A DNA stretch of 59,428 nt from a virus (IMGVR_UViG_3300025127_000036:1-59428), one strand, 5' to 3'; positions 30,835 to 38,163 are shown, numbered from the stretch's first letter. Translations and numbers: made by a program. The notes: a model not told the origin generated them from the letters alone.

Positions 30835-30888
30835 CTGATCGGCAAAATAAGGCCTGGGAGACTGGGCCTTATTTGAGAGCGATTAGTT
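30833..30888 (+). terminator. long hairpin/bidirectional terminator after the regulator gene
   Basis: AAATAAGGCCTGG-GAGA-CTGGGCCTTATTT core, plus outer AGCTGATCG/CGATTAGTT helix. Confidence 0.65.
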
Positions 30889-30930
30889 AATCGGGAACCT
30901 AACCGCCCTCAACCCCTTATGTGATTTTTC
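30843..30930 (-). ncRNA. candidate small RNA
   Basis: Extended -10 TGGTACAAT (30937-30945); 14-bp hairpin TTGAGGGCGGTTAG/CTAATCGCTCTCAA with G-U pairs only on minus strand; ends at terminator-like hairpin. Confidence 0.5.
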
Positions 30931-30990
30931 AGTTAAATTGTACCAAAAAAATCAGTTGCATTATAAAATTTTATCCTATATTTATTAATT

Positions 30991-31101
30991 AATCGTATTC
31001 CTAACCACCTAAATGAAAAAGAGGGGTTAAACTCTTTATCTTCACTAAAAACGAAAATTTAAATTAATTTAACTTTAGAGGTTGGTTATTTGAATATGAT
31101 T
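30991..31101 (+). ncRNA. candidate structured ncRNA (~110 nt)
   Basis: AATCGTATTC/GAATATGATT, TAACC/GGTTA, ACCT/AGGT closing helix with inner hairpin; promoter-like TTGCAT..TATATT just upstream. Confidence 0.5.
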
Positions 31102-31132
31102 TATAAGTTTTTGACAAATTTCATTCGTGAAA

Positions 31133-31186
31133 TTACTCGTGCGGAGGCTATCATCCATATCATCTTTTCCCCTCCGCATGATGTAA
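31133..31186 (+). ncRNA. GC-clamped stem with 23-nt pyrimidine-rich (anti-SD/anti-AUG) loop
   Basis: TCGTGCGGAGG/CCTCCGCATGA stem, loop CTATCATCCATATCATCTTTTCC. Confidence 0.5.
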
Positions 31187-31375
31187 ATGGAAATATTTTT
31201 TAAGAAAAAACCTCATATTGATTTTTGCCGTGATTTAGAGGGCCCTGAAAAAAGTGAGTATATTGACATGGTTCTTGATGATTACAATTTTTCGTTAGAA
31301 ATGGCCTTCTCTCCTAAAACTAAAATGTTTCACCGTGAATTACTCAGCAAACTTGTTAAAACTTTTGGGCATTAG
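31187..31375 (+). CDS. hypothetical protein
   Basis: ORF track; no clear RBS. Confidence 0.5.
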   Translation: MEIFFKKKPHIDFCRDLEGPEKSEYIDMVLDDYNFSLEMAFSPKTKMFHRELLSKLVKTFGH

Positions 31376-31751
31376 GATATCATCGACCGTGGTTGAAAAG
31401 ACTAAGTCCCCTGAAGAAAAATTATTTCAAGCCGTATTATTGCAGGCTTTTGAAGATGTAAGTACCCTATCTGGCTCTAAACAGGAAAGTTATCTTAAAA
31501 AAGATGCTCATGATTGGATATTAGATAATGGTAAAAATTTTAAAAATGTTTGTTGGTGCGCGGGCCTTGATCCTGATTACGTACATGATCGGTATATAAA
31601 ACTGGTAAAAAATGGGTCAATAAAGTTTACCGAATTACAGAGATCGTGGGTAAAATATAGGAAATTATATAAAGATTATAGGAGTGCAAATTCTTCGAGT
31701 GAGAGGAGAGAAATTATGTTTAAAATTTCTGAGGTAAATTTAAAAAAATAG
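31335..31751 (+). CDS. hypothetical protein
   Basis: PEEKLFQAVLLQAFED..DAHDW..FKNVCWCAGLDPDYV, a recurrent phage family; start uncertain. Confidence 0.7.
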   Translation: MNYSANLLKLLGIRISSTVVEKTKSPEEKLFQAVLLQAFEDVSTLSGSKQESYLKKDAHDWILDNGKNFKNVCWCAGLDPDYVHDRYIKLVKNGSIKFTELQRSWVKYRKLYKDYRSANSSSERREIMFKISEVNLKK

Positions 31752-31769
31752 TCATGGTGGTCTTATAAA

Positions 31770-31862
31770 TTTTACCCCTGAGGGAAAATTAACTAATTGA
31801 GAGCATAAAATGAGAAAAACCCTCAGGGGCATGTTACATACTAAATGAGTGTTAATAAACAC
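31770..31862 (-). ncRNA. candidate antisense-loop sRNA B
   Basis: Promoter TTGTCC-17-TATAAA (31897-31869); 12-bp stem TGCCCCTGAGGG/CCCTCAGGGGTA with 35-nt U-rich loop. Confidence 0.6.
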
Positions 31863-31900
31863 ATCTTATTTATACAATAAAAACGGATAATGGACAACGG

Positions 31901-31990
31901 AAAAAGGCCCACGGCCCGTGGTGACAAATAAATGATAAAAAGAACCACGGACAACGGGCCAACAAAAGGTCTTTTATGAGTATAAAAAAC
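31901..31990 (-). ncRNA. candidate antisense-loop sRNA A
   Basis: Promoter AAGACA-17-TATAAT with TG extension (32025-31997); GC-rich stem 31906-31960 with 21-nt U-rich loop, then U5 tract. Confidence 0.6.
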
Positions 31991-32038
31991 TTTATAATTA
32001 TAACACAAAACCCTAAAAATGTCTTTAAGAAAAATTCC

Positions 32039-32261
32039 CTATATAGATTATACAGACCTTTGATTAATAAAAAGTACCCCCGTGGTCTAAAATGGTGTCC
32101 CTGATGTCCCTGAAGATGAATAAAGCAATAATATCAATGATTTAAGTAGGTTTTTATGGTGTCCCTATGGTGTCCCTATGGTGTCCCTTAGGGACACCTC
32201 TTGCGGGAACGCAACCTAAACTTTTTTGAAAGTTGATCATGTGTTAAAATAATCTATATAG
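32039..32261. repeat. iteron-like repeats inside a 13-bp inverted repeat; candidate replication origin or packaging site
   Basis: ATGGTGTCCCT at 32092, 32156, 32167, 32178; inverted AGGGACACC at 32190; CTATATAGATTAT (32039) / ATAATCTATATAG (32249). Confidence 0.7.
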
Positions 32262-32270
32262 TAAAAAATT

Positions 32271-32792
32271 ATGCCTCAAATTAAAAAAATTGAAAGATCT
32301 GAAAAAGATTTAACACCTAAGCAACGTATGTTTTGTGATATTCTCGTTGCAAATTGGGGTGAAATTACATATGCCGAGGCCTGTAAAAGGGCCAAATATG
32401 AGTGTGCTAATGAAAAAGATTATTCAGCTATAGCCTCAAGATTATTAAATAGAAGGTTAAATCCCCATATAGCAAAATATTTAGACAAAAAATATGAAGA
32501 AGAAGTTAATAAATTCTCAAAAGATAAACTTAAAAGATTTAAAAGATTAGATCATTTATCTAAAGAAGCTGAGAAGAGTAAACAATTTAATGTATCTGTA
32601 CAGGCTGAATATAGATCAGGCCAATTAGCGGGCTTGTATGTTGATAAGAGAGAAGTTAAAGTAAGTGGTTTAGAAGGAATGAGCCGTGTTGAACTTGAAA
32701 AAAAACTCAGTGAATTGTCAAAAAAAATTGATGGTTACAACGCCAAAACCATCGAAATCGAAGCCGAAGAGACAAAAGAGCTTCAAAAATAA
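32271..32792 (+). CDS. terS: terminase small subunit
   Basis: LTPKQRMFC..AEACKRAKY..ASRLL..NPHIAKYL N-terminal HTH; GLYVDKREV C-terminus. Confidence 0.75.
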   Translation: MPQIKKIERSEKDLTPKQRMFCDILVANWGEITYAEACKRAKYECANEKDYSAIASRLLNRRLNPHIAKYLDKKYEEEVNKFSKDKLKRFKRLDHLSKEAEKSKQFNVSVQAEYRSGQLAGLYVDKREVKVSGLEGMSRVELEKKLSELSKKIDGYNAKTIEIEAEETKELQK

Positions 32793-32866
32793 GACTTGGT
32801 CAGAATTTATATTTCTTTTTAATAAAAAACATAATTCTAATTTAAAAGTAAATACTGGAATAGTTA

Positions 32867-33163
32867 ATGTCAAAACGAAAAATAACGTTAAATAAAAGAG
32901 CTAAAACTGAAATAGAAAGATATCCCATGGTCTCCGTGGAGTGGTACGATATCGTATCAAATAGTTCATGGTCAAGTTTTCAAGAACTAAAAAAATCAAA
33001 ACTCGCAACATGCATTACAAAAGGCCATCTTTACAGTCAAGCAAAAGGAGTTACCAGAATTTTTGGAGATTATTCTTATTCTGAAAATGGCTTAGATATT
33101 GAAAGCATTGGAAACACAACTATAATACCTAATTCAGTAATTAAAGAAATAAAAAAAATTTAA
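32867..33163 (+). CDS. hypothetical protein
   Basis: VEWYDI..W..CITKG..IPNSVIKEIKKI conserved phage pattern. Confidence 0.7.
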   Translation: MSKRKITLNKRAKTEIERYPMVSVEWYDIVSNSSWSSFQELKKSKLATCITKGHLYSQAKGVTRIFGDYSYSENGLDIESIGNTTIIPNSVIKEIKKI

Positions 33164-33287
33164 TGTGGCGGACACAAATTTGATTACACATTGCTTTTAA
33201 GGTAGTACATGACACAAAACCCTTTTCAGCGTGAACTTGCATAGACTTCTGGAGTAAAGCCTGAGGCCCGCCACTGCCCCAATTCAT

Positions 33288-33842
33288 TTAATTTAGTTTT
33301 TTTACTTTTAAACCTTGTTTTACAATATTATCCTCCCCAAAATTTTTGGATAACATTTTTCCTATTTGAGATATCATTTTTACCTCAGTATGTTTTGGAG
33401 TTTCCGACACCTTAAACTCTTTATGTTTCGTTAAAAGCATTGGATTAGTCCAATAATAAACACCCTCACCACCATATGTATCTTTTGGTTTTTTTACAGA
33501 TTTACATTCTGATATGTACCATTCATTATCTTTAAAAATATAAATGTACTCAATCATGAAATCACCCCGCATAGAATTAAAATACATCCATTCATCTCTA
33601 AATTTTTGTGGGCCATTATCTTCTTCGTTTCGATCTCTTCCATAAAAAAAACATTCATCCAAAGTATCTGCTAAATATGATGCACTACCTAAATTTACTA
33701 ACTCATTTACTTTATCATAGGTATTATAGAATTTATGCAAACATACCCCAACTCCCTCAGGATACCCATCACTATGAACATATATTACTTTTAATTTATT
33801 TGTTGCGGGATCAATTATTGCAACATTACTTCTTGTAGACAT
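33288..33842 (-). CDS. conserved early phage protein
   Basis: GGAGG RBS; MSTRSNVAI..IYVHSDGYPEGVG..EYIYIF family. Confidence 0.75.
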   Translation of the reverse strand: MSTRSNVAIIDPATNKLKVIYVHSDGYPEGVGVCLHKFYNTYDKVNELVNLGSASYLADTLDECFFYGRDRNEEDNGPQKFRDEWMYFNSMRGDFMIEYIYIFKDNEWYISECKSVKKPKDTYGGEGVYYWTNPMLLTKHKEFKVSETPKHTEVKMISQIGKMLSKNFGEDNIVKQGLKVKKLN

Positions 33843-33859
33843 CTTTTCCTCCTGCATTG

Positions 33860-34045
33860 TTATTTGACTTCATTTTTTAAGTGTAACGGTGTTTCACAAA
33901 TATAAAAAAACACGTCTCCCTTATCTTCGATCACTTTAAATGCTGATCTTTTCTCTTCCGCAATATCTTTTGTTTTATATTGCCCCGCAATACTGAAAAC
34001 GCTTTCATTATTTGCGAAAGTCTTTTCTCTTATTATTAAAAACAT
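33860..34045 (-). CDS. hypothetical early protein
   Basis: AGGAGGT RBS; operon. Confidence 0.7.
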   Translation of the reverse strand: MFLIIREKTFANNESVFSIAGQYKTKDIAEEKRSAFKVIEDKGDVFFYICETPLHLKNEVK

Positions 34046-34047
34046 AT

Positions 34048-34236
34048 TTACCTCCTTTCTTTTAAATTAAAATTTATTGTTACTGTTTCATCATTCGAGT
34101 TGTCATCCTTAGTGTCATAAATAATTGGACACTTTTTTAACCACTCCTCAAATAATTTTTTTGTTTTATCTTTATATCCTTTTGCTTTATTTTTTGATTG
34201 AACATGATCTATTCCATGTCTTGTCTGATCATTCAT
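34048..34236 (-). CDS. hypothetical early protein
   Basis: Coupled ORF in leftward operon. Confidence 0.65.
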   Translation of the reverse strand: MNDQTRHGIDHVQSKNKAKGYKDKTKKLFEEWLKKCPIIYDTKDDNSNDETVTINFNLKERR

Positions 34237-34516
34237 AATGGCCCTCTATAATTTCAAAAGTTATTGGTTTTACCTTTGACCAACCATCAACTTGATCAAA
34301 ATCATGAATAAAATCTAAAACATCACTTTCATTTTTGTAATCAACTTCATATTTTTTTTCATTAACTGTTAAAATAATATCTCCACCATCAACTTCAGTA
34401 TAAGCCTCATCAACTTTAAAAGTTCTTTTTAGAGCTTGAGATATTGCACAAGTATTACATTGTCCAGGTTCACCGTCTTTTATATCTTCTTCAGTTACAT
34501 TGATTGTATATTTCAT
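34229..34516 (-). CDS. hypothetical early protein
   Basis: GGAGG RBS; INVTEEDIKDG..C..CAISQAL..FIHDFD..VKP. Confidence 0.7.
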   Translation of the reverse strand: MKYTINVTEEDIKDGEPGQCNTCAISQALKRTFKVDEAYTEVDGGDIILTVNEKKYEVDYKNESDVLDFIHDFDQVDGWSKVKPITFEIIEGHYE

Positions 34517-34548
34517 TTTCTCTTTTCCTCCCATAAGATATCATAAGA

Positions 34549-34776
34549 TTATTTATTTGCAAGAACTTTTATACCATCATATTCAAGATTATCTAAAATA
34601 TTCAGGGCCTCTGCTATGCCTCTAGCTAATTCTTTTGTCTCGCAATAGCATAAAACCTTTATGGCCCCGTTTTGATCATCAAATTTTACTGCATTATCTT
34701 CAGCAAAATTTAAACCCTCAAAACAATCTTTTTTTATCATGTCTCGGGTTACATAATTATATTTTTTACTTTTCAT
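34549..34776 (-). CDS. hypothetical early protein
   Basis: GGAGG RBS; operon. Confidence 0.65.
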   Translation of the reverse strand: MKSKKYNYVTRDMIKKDCFEGLNFAEDNAVKFDDQNGAIKVLCYCETKELARGIAEALNILDNLEYDGIKVLANK

Positions 34777-35072
34777 ATTTCTAAACCCTCCCTAATTATT
34801 TTTGATATTTTTTTAAATTCATCTGCGGGGTCGTGTTCAACTTCATTCCATTGTTTTGCATTGGTATCGCAAATATTTAGAATTGTTTTTAATTTTTCCT
34901 TGTATGGATTTTCTAGAATGAAAGCATGATCCCTATCTACATCTTTTGCCAAATCTTCGTCATAACTTATAATTAAACCCGTACTCTCACACTCTTGTAT
35001 TATGCAATCTTGTAATTCATCTGCATTTATTCCATCATCATAAGCATAATAATTTTTTTTTAAGTTACTCAT
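34773..35072 (-). CDS. hypothetical acidic early protein
   Basis: RBS; operon. Confidence 0.65.
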   Translation of the reverse strand: MSNLKKNYYAYDDGINADELQDCIIQECESTGLIISYDEDLAKDVDRDHAFILENPYKEKLKTILNICDTNAKQWNEVEHDPADEFKKISKIIREGLEI

Positions 35073-35082
35073 TTTTTTCCCT

Positions 35083-35232
35083 TCAGTTTATCTCTTCTGT
35101 TGTCGCTGTCACATATTCCTGTAAATTCATTTTACAATCTACAAGAGCTTCTACTTCAGCTTCATCTTCATTTTCAGCCTCAATTATATTTTCATATCCT
35201 AACTCTTCTATATTAACTTTAAACTTCTTCAT
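35083..35232 (-). CDS. small acidic protein (49 aa, not in ORF track)
   Basis: GAGGAG RBS; MKKFKVNIEELGYENIIEAENEDEAEVEALVDCKMNLQEYVTATTEEIN*. Confidence 0.7.
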   Translation of the reverse strand: MKKFKVNIEELGYENIIEAENEDEAEVEALVDCKMNLQEYVTATTEEIN

Positions 35233-35407
35233 TCTTGTTTTCTCCTCTGTTTTTGTTAAATGATTTTGTTAAGTGAAATTGTTTAAATTGTTCTCTAGCC
35301 TTTTCTTTTGTCATTAAAAAACCCTTGTAGCCTATTACAGCTACAAGGATTATAAACAAAACAACAAACCCAATTATTCCAAAAAATATTTCAATTAATT
35401 CTGACAT
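35219..35407 (-). CDS. single-TM membrane protein
   Basis: IFFGIIGFVVLFIILVAVIG hydrophobic helix. Confidence 0.65.
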   Translation of the reverse strand: MSELIEIFFGIIGFVVLFIILVAVIGYKGFLMTKEKAREQFKQFHLTKSFNKNRGENKNEEV

Positions 35408-35796
35408 TCAAAAACTCCAATTGTTAATTGAAACTGGCCTTCTGAAATAATTCCAAAACCTAATGATGGTCTGTTATTTAATAACTTAGCCATTAAACTA
35501 ATTAATTGTTCAACAGTAAGAGCGGGCTCATTTGGTAGTCCCAATCCGCTACTATCGACAAATAAACCACCTTTATTTAATATTTTATGTGAGTAAGGTA
35601 ATTCCCAACTCATTACATATTTTTTTATATTAAGCCTTTTCCAACCTTTGGGAATATAGTTTCCTAAATTTACTATCTCCCCTAAGTTTTTCACACTCAA
35701 GTTTTGGCCCTCAAAAGTTGTAGGTTTCATTCCATGTCTTTTTGCTTTGTTGCCCGCCTGCTTATTGAGAGCAACAATTGTTTCTATGTCCATCAT
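35395..35796 (-). CDS. hypothetical early protein
   Basis: GAGGAGG RBS; FVDSSGLG..EPALT..GQFQ family. Confidence 0.7.
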   Translation of the reverse strand: MMDIETIVALNKQAGNKAKRHGMKPTTFEGQNLSVKNLGEIVNLGNYIPKGWKRLNIKKYVMSWELPYSHKILNKGGLFVDSSGLGLPNEPALTVEQLISLMAKLLNNRPSLGFGIISEGQFQLTIGVFECQN

Positions 35797-35799
35797 TGT

Positions 35800-36033
35800 C
35801 TATTCCTCCTCATTTATTTGATTTACTTTGTCCCAATCTATATGACCCCTATTATAAGTAACGGGCCTTCCATAACCATCAACTATTGAGACAGTTCCAT
35901 TTTTTTTATCTTGTAAGATTATTTTTAATTCTAAAAATTCATTAACCCATCTTCCAATTGATCCTTCTAACTGAAGCCATTGGCCTGTGTTAAAGTATTT
36001 TAAAGCTTGTTTACATTCTTGATCTGCTATCAT
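35800..36033 (-). CDS. hypothetical early protein
   Basis: AGGAG RBS; TGQWLQLEGSIGR. Confidence 0.7.
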   Translation of the reverse strand: MIADQECKQALKYFNTGQWLQLEGSIGRWVNEFLELKIILQDKKNGTVSIVDGYGRPVTYNRGHIDWDKVNQINEEE

Positions 36034-36051
36034 CTTTTCTCCTATTTTTTA

Positions 36052-36354
36052 TTATCTTGGATCTTCCCATTCATAGCCATCAAAAATTTTAACCAGTGGT
36101 GATCCACTCATATCAAAATCTTTTTTGTGTCCATATTTGAAAAATATTTTATGAGCTAATTTTGCTAAATGCTTTCTAACTCTTAACATTTTTCCTAATG
36201 TGTACTCATCACCGATTTGCTCTAACTCTGTTCTTACATGTTTGTTTTCAGTGTCCAGAGCTTCTGCAATAGCATTCATTAAAATCTCTCTAGCCATCTG
36301 CCCCTCTGTGTAACCTTCAAACTTTTTTTGTTCGTATCTCATTTTTTCCTCCAT
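36052..36354 (-). CDS. hypothetical early protein
   Basis: ORF track; start uncertain (36354 or 36342). Confidence 0.65.
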   Translation of the reverse strand: MEEKMRYEQKKFEGYTEGQMAREILMNAIAEALDTENKHVRTELEQIGDEYTLGKMLRVRKHLAKLAHKIFFKYGHKKDFDMSGSPLVKIFDGYEWEDPR

Positions 36355-36377
36355 TATGTTTTTTCATTTATTCTCCT

Positions 36378-36425
36378 ATCATATCCCATGTAAATAAGAT
36401 ATACAATGGTCAAAAGTGTCGCACC
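36378..36425 (-). promoter_or_regulatory. sigma70-type early promoter with upstream GGTGCGACACTTTTGAC box
   Basis: TTGTAT-17-TATGAT; 17-mer identical to 38188-38204. Confidence 0.6.
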
Positions 36426-36445
36426 TTATTTAGAATTATTCTAAA

Positions 36446-36643
36446 CTAGTCTTCCGAAAAATCACGCCATCCCGCTCTTCTGCCTTTATTGTCTTTTACA
36501 AGTTTATCTATTGTGGCCCAAATTTTATTCCAGTCTCCTTTGCTCGCGACCCATTCCGCGAGCGTTGAATTACATGAGCCGTGAGTAACTTTAATTATGC
36601 CTTTAGATTTTTTTATATTTATTTCTGCTGAGCCGTATTCCAT
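36446..36643 (-). CDS. hypothetical early protein
   Basis: GGGGG RBS before MEYGSAEINIK. Confidence 0.6.
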   Translation of the reverse strand: MEYGSAEINIKKSKGIIKVTHGSCNSTLAEWVASKGDWNKIWATIDKLVKDNKGRRAGWRDFSED

Positions 36644-36822
36644 TTTTCCCCCTTTTCTAATGTTTGATATTCTAGCCATCCGTTGCCCTCACTTACACCC
36701 TCTAAAAATGCATTTAATTCATCATCCGTTTTAAAAGTGTATGTTTTGTCTGTGTAACCTTTAATTGGTTTTTCTGTTTTTCTTACTGCCTCAGTGCCCC
36801 AAATAATCCTAATTTTTTTCAT
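36619..36822 (-). CDS. hypothetical early protein
   Basis: IIWG..YTFKTDDELNAFLEGV..GWLEY. Confidence 0.7.
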   Translation of the reverse strand: MKKIRIIWGTEAVRKTEKPIKGYTDKTYTFKTDDELNAFLEGVSEGNGWLEYQTLEKGEKWNTAQQK

Positions 36823-37046
36823 CCTTGACCCCCATATTTTAATGTTTCAAGTTTATCAATCACCTTATCAAATTCTTCACAACTACAAGTTGTATCCTCC
36901 TCAGTCTCTGGTTCGCCTTTTGCCTGCCATTCGCTATGCTTGCATACATGGAAATCAGCGTCTCTGAGATCTCTTATATCTTGCATTATATCTTCGATAA
37001 CGTCATCATGAAGTTGATCTGCTTTATCTAAAATGTCTAAATGCAT
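36819..37046 (-). CDS. hypothetical acidic early protein
   Basis: GGAGG RBS; coupled. Confidence 0.65.
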   Translation of the reverse strand: MHLDILDKADQLHDDVIEDIMQDIRDLRDADFHVCKHSEWQAKGEPETEEDTTCSCEEFDKVIDKLETLKYGGQG

Positions 37047-37523
37047 TTAATTACCCTCCAATCCAAATTGTTCAGCGTTGTTTATTCTTTTTGTCTTTTC
37101 TTCGAGACTTAGGCTGTCCCAATCCTCAGGAAACGTACAACCCGCAATTTCAAAAAATCTTTTTTTCTGCTCTATTGATTTTTCATCCCCTGTTGATAGT
37201 AACCCAAAAAGTTTTGAAACCATGGCGGTCGTTTTTATTACATCGTTTTTTGGTTTATCTGGATTTATGCCCTGAGCTTTTTTTAATTCATCTTCAAATA
37301 TAGAGTTTTTAATTCTATACTCTTTTCTGGCATAACCATTAAAGTCTTCGATCCAATTAAGATGTTTTGCTGTTGTTACCGACCAAACATTTTGACTAAT
37401 ATAAAATCTGTGTTGATCATCAACAAACGCTACTGGTGTTGAATAAGAATAAAATACTCTTATTCCGTCTTCATCTTTATAATAAAGATTTTTAGTTGAT
37501 CTTAGATATATTTTTTTACTCAT
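37047..37523 (-). CDS. conserved early phage protein
   Basis: AAGGAG RBS; FYSYSTPVA..WSVTTAKHLN motif. Confidence 0.75.
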   Translation of the reverse strand: MSKKIYLRSTKNLYYKDEDGIRVFYSYSTPVAFVDDQHRFYISQNVWSVTTAKHLNWIEDFNGYARKEYRIKNSIFEDELKKAQGINPDKPKNDVIKTTAMVSKLFGLLSTGDEKSIEQKKRFFEIAGCTFPEDWDSLSLEEKTKRINNAEQFGLEGN

Positions 37524-37542
37524 TTTTTTCTCCTTTTGTTTA

Positions 37543-37584
37543 ACCCCTTAATCTTATCATATCCCATCAATAAGATCAAGGGGT
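37543..37584 (-). promoter_or_regulatory. promoter embedded in a 15-bp inverted repeat
   Basis: TTGATC-17-TAAGAT; ACCCCTTGATCTTAT/ATAAGATTAAGGGGT. Confidence 0.6.
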
Positions 37585-37591
37585 AATTTAT

Positions 37592-37795
37592 TTATTTTTT
37601 ATTTTCTATTTCACGCTCTTTTAGTTTATCTGCGATAAAAGACCTGACACTATTTGAAATTGCGGTCTGGTGTTTACCTCGATCACGTTTTGACATTTTT
37701 AATTGAAAATGTTTCTGTTCATCTCTCAGGCCCGTTGCTTGATCAAATTTATAGATCAAGTATCTAGCCTCTTGTCTCTGTTTAAATGTACTCAT
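37592..37795 (-). CDS. hypothetical early protein
   Basis: AAGGA RBS before MSTFKQRQEAR; the longer ORF-track start runs through the ribozyme. Confidence 0.65.
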   Translation of the reverse strand: MSTFKQRQEARYLIYKFDQATGLRDEQKHFQLKMSKRDRGKHQTAISNSVRSFIADKLKEREIENKK

Positions 37796-37813
37796 TTTTT
37801 TGTCCTTTTGTTT

Positions 37814-37873
37814 TGGCATCTCATCAGTATGCGACCGCCACTCGCATAGACGGGGCAATGCCCCGTTTCGATA
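37814..37873 (-). ncRNA. type II hammerhead ribozyme
   Basis: UAUC-GAAA-CGGGGC(AUU)GCCCCG-UC-UAUGCGA(GUGGCGG)UCGCAUA-CUGAUGA-GAUGCCA: full core, three stems, GUC site. Confidence 0.92.
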
Positions 37874-37875
37874 GA

Positions 37876-38121
37876 TTAATTAAAATGTAATTCACCGCTT
37901 TCATTAACTCTAAGATTATTTTCCATTTCAGTTAAAAATTCGTCAAAATAACCTTGACCCGCGCCACTCTCTGCTTGTCTTTTATATCTATAATTAAACC
38001 ATGATAACAATTCATCTTTTGTTGATTTGAAATAATCTTCTGCAAAACCGTTGTAAATATAAATTGATTTAGCTGATTTTATTTTTTTGTTTATCGCTGT
38101 TCTTCTCTGTGCATTTGTCAT
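37876..38121 (-). CDS. first gene of early leftward operon, hypothetical
   Basis: AAGGA RBS before MTNAQRR; ORF-track start lies inside the promoter. Confidence 0.65.
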   Translation of the reverse strand: MTNAQRRTAINKKIKSAKSIYIYNGFAEDYFKSTKDELLSWFNYRYKRQAESGAGQGYFDEFLTEMENNLRVNESGELHFN

Positions 38122-38163
38122 TTTTTTATCCTTTGTTGTTTTGTTCATATAATATCTATATAA

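Noticed and set aside
32156-32198. Tandem repeats as a mini-CRISPR array
   Set aside because: 11-bp units with no spacers and no cas genes
37796-37858. N-terminal extension MPRLCEWRSH.. of ORF 37592..37858
   Set aside because: It runs through the hammerhead; an RBS-supported start lies at 37795
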